From NCBI GenBank assembly GCA_965216495.1, contig OZ244163.1, forward strand, positions 683,361 to 747,360: 64,000 nucleotides of DNA. The letters run 5' to 3'. The notes under the pieces are model-generated. The model was not told where the DNA came from. It did not search any database and was given only the letters and a program-made list of their open reading frames with translations. The DNA comes from Acidimicrobiia bacterium (GTDB lineage: Bacteria > Actinomycetota > Acidimicrobiia > Spongiisociales > ZC4RG35). Below are positions 58,675 to 64,000 of the stretch, one piece after another. The number at the start of each line of letters is the position of its first letter. Position 1 is the first letter of the stretch. The translations under genes and the position numbers were made by a program.

Positions 58675-59642
58675 CCGGCCTCCAAAAGCCTCCATCCAGT
58701 CAGCAGCCCAGTTCGCGGCTGGCACGGTTTGTACTGATCGTGTTCCTCGCTTCGTTGGCAGCGGTTTTGGGAGCCACCCTCTATCTGTCGTCTCAGGCCG
58801 ACTCGTCAGAAGGCCTTTCTTTGGCTGACATAGAGCGGCCCAACGCCATCGAGGTGAACGGAGTGACGCTGAATCTGGCGCGTCATCCGGGCGGCCCGTC
58901 TCAGGTAGTCCTGATTCACGATGATGAGGTGACCGGGATGTTGACCCTGGAAGCATTAGGCGAGGGTCTACCGGGAGGGTTCTCCGGTACGAGAATCGAT
59001 CTTCCGGGGTTCGGTCTCTCTGATCGTGTGCCTGAAGAGTCGCCGCTTCATACGGTCGGAGGTGTCTCCGGGCTGGTAGCGGACGCAATAGATCAGACCT
59101 TCAGTTTTCCAGTGATCCTCGTTGGGGTGGGATACGGCGGTGAGGTAGCCGTCGAAGTGGCGGCGACGCATCCCGAGTTGATCCGGGGGGTCGTGATGGT
59201 CGACACCGACTTCGGGCGTGAACCGAGTGTCGAGGAGAACCTCCAGTCGGCGCCCCTGATATCGAAGGCGGCCGTCTTTCTTTGGGAGACCGGTGGTCCG
59301 TTAGCCGTTCAGATGTGGGCCCCCGATTGCGAGACCGGTGGCTGGTGTCCCTCAGACGCGCAGCTGAGCGCTCGGCGCCAGATCGTGGCAATTGCCGACA
59401 CGACCGCGTCGTTTGAGCAGTTCCGTATGACTCCACCCTCTGCGATCGGCGGGTCGAGCCTCGATGAGCTCTCCATGCCGGTGGGTTATGTCTGGAGTAA
59501 TGCTGGCCCAGTGGGCAAGGATGTAGTGGACCGCTTCATAGCTCTCAACCCCGATCTGACGTTGATCGAGTCCCAAACCAGCGCAGCCCACCTACTCGAT
59601 GTGGCCGCGATAGCGTCCGCGGTCGAAGCGGTCGGCTCCTAA
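58671..59642 (+). CDS. Alpha/beta-hydrolase-fold protein with N-terminal membrane anchor
   Basis: N-terminal TM (FVLIVFLASLAAVLGATLYL) and ...VLVGVGYGGEVA... nucleophile-elbow-like motif. ATGA overlap with lutC. Confidence 0.6.
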   Translation: MTGLQKPPSSQQPSSRLARFVLIVFLASLAAVLGATLYLSSQADSSEGLSLADIERPNAIEVNGVTLNLARHPGGPSQVVLIHDDEVTGMLTLEALGEGLPGGFSGTRIDLPGFGLSDRVPEESPLHTVGGVSGLVADAIDQTFSFPVILVGVGYGGEVAVEVAATHPELIRGVVMVDTDFGREPSVEENLQSAPLISKAAVFLWETGGPLAVQMWAPDCETGGWCPSDAQLSARRQIVAIADTTASFEQFRMTPPSAIGGSSLDELSMPVGYVWSNAGPVGKDVVDRFIALNPDLTLIESQTSAAHLLDVAAIASAVEAVGS

Positions 59643-60607
59643 GGCCTGAGCAAAACCTTCCCGGTGGTCGCCCTACCTTCGAGCGCCCTGTGTGCCTCTG
59701 CTGCCTTAGACAACTCGAACTCCGCACCAATTCTCACGTTCAGTTTCCCGTCCTGAACCCATCCAAAGAGTTCGTTGGTTCTTGTCAGGAGTTCAGCCCG
59801 TGTCGCGATGTAGTGAAACATTGTCGGCCGGGTTAGAAAGATGGAGCCAGCCTGCGAAAGGCGTAGCGGTGACAACTCGGGTACCGGCCCCGAAGCATTT
59901 CCGAATGTCACCATCATTCCCCGAGGCCGTAACACTTCGAGGCCCTTGTCGAAGGTGGCAGCGCCGACACCGTCGTACACGACATCGATCTGGTTGGGGC
60001 CGTAAATGTCCTCTATCTCAAGCTTGAAATCGGTCTCGCGGTAGAGGATCACGTGGTCGGCCCCGGCTGCTCGGCTCAACTCCGCCTTTTCGGCTGAGCC
60101 CACGGTGGTGGTCACCTCGGCGCCTCGCAGCTTGGCGATCTGGGTGAGAAGCAGACCCACTCCTCCAGCCCCGGCGTGGATGAGGCACCGATCGCCGGGT
60201 CTGAGGGGAAAGGTGTCCGTTGCCAGGTAGTGGGCGGTGATCCCTTGTAGCAACAGGGCGGCGACAGTCTCCGATTCAAGGTCCTCGGGCATGGGAATTG
60301 CTGATGCCTCAGGTACCTGGACCTGCTCGGCGTAGGTCCCCAAGACTCCGGTCCAACCCACTCGATCGCCTGGAGTGAATTCAGAGACCGAATCGCCGAC
60401 CGCCTGCACCGTCCCTGCACCCTCGAGTCCGGGTGTGAATGGGAGGCCCAAAGGGTAGAGGCCCCCTCGGTGGTAGGTGTCGATGTAATTGACTCCCGCG
60501 GCTTCGACGTCGACCAGCAACTGGTTGGCTTCAACGGACAGATCGTCGACCTCCGTGTATTGGAGTACCTCGGGGCCGCCGGTGTTCTTGACGACGATCG
60601 CTTTCAT
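59639..60607 (-). CDS. qor: NADPH:quinone oxidoreductase (zinc-type ADH/MDR superfamily)
   Basis: MKAIVVKNTGGPEVLQYTEV... and the Rossmann motif HAGAGGVGLLLTQIA. Start is the ATG at 60607. Confidence 0.85.
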   Translation of the reverse strand: MKAIVVKNTGGPEVLQYTEVDDLSVEANQLLVDVEAAGVNYIDTYHRGGLYPLGLPFTPGLEGAGTVQAVGDSVSEFTPGDRVGWTGVLGTYAEQVQVPEASAIPMPEDLESETVAALLLQGITAHYLATDTFPLRPGDRCLIHAGAGGVGLLLTQIAKLRGAEVTTTVGSAEKAELSRAAGADHVILYRETDFKLEIEDIYGPNQIDVVYDGVGAATFDKGLEVLRPRGMMVTFGNASGPVPELSPLRLSQAGSIFLTRPTMFHYIATRAELLTRTNELFGWVQDGKLNVRIGAEFELSKAAEAHRALEGRATTGKVLLRP

Positions 60608-61023
60608 TCCCGCGTCACCTTCCATCCTCTCGATTCGAGTTCGTTCACCAGGTGCACTTCGTCGACGCCACTCAGGTCGACGGTTGGTCGTTCGACACCG
60701 AGAAGTCTTTCGACAACGTCTCGAAGGGTTCTAGCCCAGGCTTGCCCTTTGGCGTCCCCCTCGAGGGTCAATGTGGCGTCGCTATTGGCCACGTAGACCC
60801 GGGCCTGGCTCTGGGGGTTCGCTCGTGAGCCACGCTCTCCGTACACCAGAATGATGGAGCCCGCCGGCACATCTTGGATGCCGCCGGCCGCAATGAAAGG
60901 CCCTTCGAACGCCCAACCGGACGACTTGGTTACGTCGACCGACTCGACCACACGTGCCCAGTTCTTGTGTCGGTCGTCGCCCGCCATTGGCACGTCAACC
61001 GCCACCATCACCTGATCATTCAT
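60604..61023 (-). CDS. Hypothetical protein
   Basis: ~140 aa, translationally coupled (ATGA) to qor. No recognisable motif. Confidence 0.4.
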   Translation of the reverse strand: MNDQVMVAVDVPMAGDDRHKNWARVVESVDVTKSSGWAFEGPFIAAGGIQDVPAGSIILVYGERGSRANPQSQARVYVANSDATLTLEGDAKGQAWARTLRDVVERLLGVERPTVDLSGVDEVHLVNELESRGWKVTRE

Positions 61024-61081
61024 CAGGACGGAGCGTAGGCGCGTGTCGCATGTCGGGGGCAAAACGCTTTACGCTGAGGGA

Positions 61082-62077
61082 ATGGCCCAAGTTCGTCTCT
61101 TTGCCAACCTTCGAGAGATCGCGGGGACGTCCCGTCTCGAGATCGACGCGGGGACGGTGGAAGGTGTGCTCGATGAGACCCGTCGCCGTTTTGGTCCGGT
61201 GTTTGCCCAAGGGCTCGAGACCTCCCGCGTCTGGGTCAACGGTTCCGAGGCCGAGCAAAACCAAGCCCTTGCCCCGACGGACGAGGTGGTGGTTCTCCCG
61301 CCGGTCTCAGGCGGAAGCCAGCCGGTCATGACCGCTCCGGCTGACGTGTCGGCGTATGTCCCCCTGGTGCTAGCCGCAATCGCGGTCTTTGCGAACATGC
61401 AGGAACAGCCTTTGTGGGCTGCCGCCCTGGTCGGCGTTGCTGCGCTCTGGGCTTTCGACCTCAACTCGGCGATGTCGACGCGAGCCCGGCGGTTTGCTCC
61501 GCTTGCGGTGGTCACTGCAGCCACGGCGTCGGTTTTGGTGGCTCACGTGCTCGGTGGCACGGGATATGGATTGTCGGTAGCTATTGCTGTGGCCGTTGGG
61601 TCGGGCTGGGCAGTTGCCTTTCCCGAGTATCGAGCCGTTGATGTCTTCGGTCCCACCGCGCTCGCCGCGATCTTGGCATCTATGGCAACGGCGTCAGTCC
61701 TATTGTCTCGCTCGGCTTTCAGTCCTGACGAGAGGGCAATGGATGTTTTCCTGGTCTCCACAATCGTTGGTGTCGGACTCGGAGCAATCGTGAGCGGCCT
61801 TCCGGCCCTGCCTTTCGTCGACCGTTTCACTGTTACGGCGATTGGCGCCATTCTGGCCGCAATCGGTGCCGCGGCATTCTGGGAGTTGGACGCGGTCAAC
61901 TATTTCCTGGTGGGTCTGGTGATTGCCGTGGGGCTGGTCGCCGGCCAGGGTTTGTCGTCCATGCTTCGCAGTGGCTCCATCTCGCTGACATCGAAGCAAC
62001 CAGGATTGCTTGGGGCGGTTGACGGAGTGATGCTCGCCGCCGCCTTCTATTACCCGTTGCTGCGCCTCGTCTTCTGA
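61082..62077 (+). CDS. MoaD/ThiS-like beta-grasp domain ending in GlyGly fused in-frame to a polytopic membrane domain
   Basis: N-terminal MAQVRLFANLREIAGTSRLEIDAGTVEGVLDETRRRFGPVF...EVVVLPPVSGG matches the MoaD/CysO pattern with a terminal GG. It continues without a stop into an ~8-TM hydrophobic region. Confidence 0.5.
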   Translation: MAQVRLFANLREIAGTSRLEIDAGTVEGVLDETRRRFGPVFAQGLETSRVWVNGSEAEQNQALAPTDEVVVLPPVSGGSQPVMTAPADVSAYVPLVLAAIAVFANMQEQPLWAAALVGVAALWAFDLNSAMSTRARRFAPLAVVTAATASVLVAHVLGGTGYGLSVAIAVAVGSGWAVAFPEYRAVDVFGPTALAAILASMATASVLLSRSAFSPDERAMDVFLVSTIVGVGLGAIVSGLPALPFVDRFTVTAIGAILAAIGAAAFWELDAVNYFLVGLVIAVGLVAGQGLSSMLRSGSISLTSKQPGLLGAVDGVMLAAAFYYPLLRLVF

Positions 62078-62086
62078 GACGCTGGC

Positions 62087-62452
62087 TCAGCCGCTGAGAG
62101 ATCGACCTGCGAGCAGGCCGGTAACGGCAGCGGCTAGGCCGACCAGCACTGAGACTCCGACAGTTAGGACCGCAGCCGAGGCGCGGCCGTCTTCCCACAG
62201 CCGAATTGTGTCCAGCGCGAACGTCGAGAAAGTGGTGAATCCTCCGAGGAGGCCGACGGTGACACCTATCTGGTGCGGGTGCTCGAGGCGGAATCCCCAC
62301 AAGCCGATTAATAGCCCAAGCACAAAACTGCCCAGAAGGTTGACGGTTACCGTTCCCCACGGGTGGGACCGGCCGTTCATGAAATCCGCGATGGCGAATC
62401 TCGCGAGACTGCCGAAGGCTCCGCCGGCAGCGACCCACAGTGCGGTTGACAT
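62087..62452 (-). CDS. crcB: Fluoride ion channel CrcB/FluC
   Basis: 121 aa with four TM segments and ...GGFTTFSTF... signature. Confidence 0.85.
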   Translation of the reverse strand: MSTALWVAAGGAFGSLARFAIADFMNGRSHPWGTVTVNLLGSFVLGLLIGLWGFRLEHPHQIGVTVGLLGGFTTFSTFALDTIRLWEDGRASAAVLTVGVSVLVGLAAAVTGLLAGRSLSG

Positions 62453-62509
62453 GGAGCGGCAGCCTAGACCCGGTGACTACCTCAATCGGCGACTCTTGAT
62501 TAGCATCCA

Positions 62510-63601
62510 ATGCACATGACAGCCAGAAAGACGCCGGTACGCGTCTTGGTCATCGCTTTCGTCGCAGCCCTCATCGCAGCTCTTTTTCCTGCGCCGTCGG
62601 ATGCGGTAACCAAGACACAGGTCGATGAGGCCTGTGCTGATTCATCTGCCCAGCTGGCCGAGTACCGGGCGGCGCAGTCGGACTTCGAGGATGCAGCCTT
62701 TGGATATGAGACCGCACTGAACGAGGTCGAGGCTCTGGAGTACAAGCAGTCACGCATCGAGGGTCAGGTCGAGTCAAACTCGCAGCAGTACGACGATGTC
62801 CAAGCACAGTTGGAACAACAGGCGGTCCTGATGTACATGCGGGGTGGATTCAACAACCCCGGGTTGATCTTGTCGGCCTCCTCGGTTGACGAGGTGATGA
62901 CCTCGTCGGAATTCCTTTCTTCAGCCACGGTCGATGGGCAGCAGTCGATTTCAGACCTCGTCGCGGCCCGCGGTGAGCTCAACAGATTTCAGGATGACCT
63001 CGATGTCACCCACGGCGAGCTGAAGGACGCCGAAGCGGTTGCTCTTGAGTTTCTGGGCAAACAGGAAGCGGCGATGGAGGCCCAGCGTTCGGCCTACAAC
63101 AAGCTGAGTGAGAAGTGCCGCGAACTGACCACGAAGTACAACCAAGAGCAGGCAGCCCTCAAGGCCGCAGCCGCTCGTCGCGCCTCGGGTTCAGTTCAGG
63201 TTGGCAACTTCATCTGCCCCTTCACTCCAGGACGGACTTCGTTCATCGATTCCTGGGGTTACCCCAGGTCGGGTGGTCGGACTCACAAGGGAGTCGACAT
63301 GTTCGCTGCTCGCGGCGAACCCATGTATGCCGTCCAGTCAGGCACCGCTCGGGCCACCAGCAACAGCCTGGGCGGTCTCACGGTCCATCTGACGGCCGAC
63401 ACGGGCTACAAGTACTACTACGCCCACCTCGACCGCCATGCCTTCTCCGGGACACGCCGTGTCACCCAGGGTGAGGTGATTGGTTACAACGGCAGTTCCG
63501 GTAACGCCCGAGGGATTGCTCCCCACCTTCACTTCGAGATCAGACCCGGTGGTGGTGCTCCAGTGAATCCTTACCCGACTGTTCGCGCGGCCTGTTATTA
63601 A
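62510..63601 (+). CDS. Secreted coiled-coil M23-family (LytM) metallopeptidase
   Basis: Signal peptide and coiled-coil N-terminal half. C-terminal ...HKGVDMFA...HLHFEIRP zinc ligands of M23. Confidence 0.8.
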   Translation: MHMTARKTPVRVLVIAFVAALIAALFPAPSDAVTKTQVDEACADSSAQLAEYRAAQSDFEDAAFGYETALNEVEALEYKQSRIEGQVESNSQQYDDVQAQLEQQAVLMYMRGGFNNPGLILSASSVDEVMTSSEFLSSATVDGQQSISDLVAARGELNRFQDDLDVTHGELKDAEAVALEFLGKQEAAMEAQRSAYNKLSEKCRELTTKYNQEQAALKAAAARRASGSVQVGNFICPFTPGRTSFIDSWGYPRSGGRTHKGVDMFAARGEPMYAVQSGTARATSNSLGGLTVHLTADTGYKYYYAHLDRHAFSGTRRVTQGEVIGYNGSSGNARGIAPHLHFEIRPGGGAPVNPYPTVRAACY

Positions 63602-63602
63602 C

Positions 63603-64000
63603 GTGACCACCGTGAATGAACATCGCCGCCGGATCGACGTGGTACTCGAGCCGGAATATGTCCAAGACCTCGACGCACTGGATTTGAACGAGGTTCGTCG
63701 GCGTCGAGACACCGCCACCGACGTCGAGGCCATCATCTCGTATTACCGCCGGATGCTCCACGGTCGGATGGATCTGCTCGATTTCGAGCTGAAGAGACGG
63801 AGCGGCACCGAGGAGCGAACGATCCTCGAGGCTCTTCCCGAGATCCTCGCCTCAGGAATGGTGCTGGGCGCCGAACCGGTCCTGAAGCACATCGAGACCT
63901 TGCCTCCCTTGCCCGAGGTGACTGGAAGACGTTCTATCGACAAGGTTATGGCCGACGGGGTGCTGCTCAATCTCTCGGAGCTGACCGAAGATGACATTCA
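63603..64000 (+). CDS. Hypothetical protein, 5' partial (continues beyond window)
   Basis: The open frame from the GTG at 63603 to the window end has no stops (VTTVNEHRRRIDVVLEPEYVQDLD...). It is not in the ORF track because no stop falls inside the window. Confidence 0.35.
   Translation, partial: MTTVNEHRRRIDVVLEPEYVQDLDALDLNEVRRRRDTATDVEAIISYYRRMLHGRMDLLDFELKRRSGTEERTILEALPEILASGMVLGAEPVLKHIETLPPLPEVTGRRSIDKVMADGVLLNLSELTEDDI

Noticed and set aside
62453-62509. Possible fluoride riboswitch upstream of crcB
   Set aside because: Only 57 bp of divergent intergenic DNA. No GGNGAUGG / CUGAUGAU crcB-motif elements on the crcB strand.
1-64000. CRISPR arrays, tRNA/rRNA genes, IS elements/transposases
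   Set aside because: No regularly spaced direct repeats with unique spacers; no tRNA-like T-arm/anticodon structures in intergenic gaps; no transposase/integrase motifs in any ORF.

Overview
This is a high-GC (about 65-68%) window of actinobacterial type, densely coded on both strands with roughly 75 plausible CDS. I found no rRNA, tRNA, CRISPR array, IS element or transposase. It reads as ordinary chromosome with several unusual insertions.

Left to right, the content is:
- 5' end of a transketolase gene (tkt) on the minus strand.
- ECF sigma factor gene overlapping an MGMT-family alkyltransferase gene.
- MFS transporter carrying a C-terminal ABM-like domain.
- Aldehyde dehydrogenase.
- A stand-alone primase-polymerase (LigD-Pol-like) and a stand-alone ATP-dependent DNA ligase, bracketing two tandem ABC-2 ATPase/permease pairs; no Ku gene in the window.
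- YihY family protein, CaCA exchanger, Rpf-like lytic transglycosylase, HAD hydrolase, RidA, msrA, DoxX.
- Two tandem S41 peptidase lipoproteins.
- Amidohydrolase, maf, and an ArsR/SRPBCC pair.
- dus.
- hutU-hutG, with a repeat-rich operator-like leader.
- An ABC-2 exporter (ATPase plus two permeases).
- Nitroreductase and deoD.
- ECF sigma paired with a PASTA/GerMN membrane protein.
- azlCD.
- NCS2 purine permease.
- A third ECF sigma with an anti-sigma-like protein.
- DUF222-HNH (REP13E12-type) gene.
- Class II ribonucleotide reductase nrdJ with NrdR-box-like palindromes upstream.
- OmpR/histidine-kinase two-component system flanked by paralogous PepSY-like secreted proteins; one carries a poly-acidic tandem-repeat tail.
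- lutABC.
- Quinone oxidoreductase, a MoaD-like(GG)-membrane fusion ORF, crcB, M23 peptidase.

The most striking item is the gene leading the lutABC operon. It is a peroxiredoxin/redoxin-fold gene whose reading frame contains a single in-frame TGA exactly at the redox motif (UxxC). The TGA is followed 11 nt later by a SECIS-like hairpin, and the frame is preceded by a strong RBS, so it is a candidate selenoprotein that a standard gene caller would truncate.

The supplied ORF track uses TTG/GTG as 'M', so several starts were re-placed at internal ATG or at RBS-supported codons.
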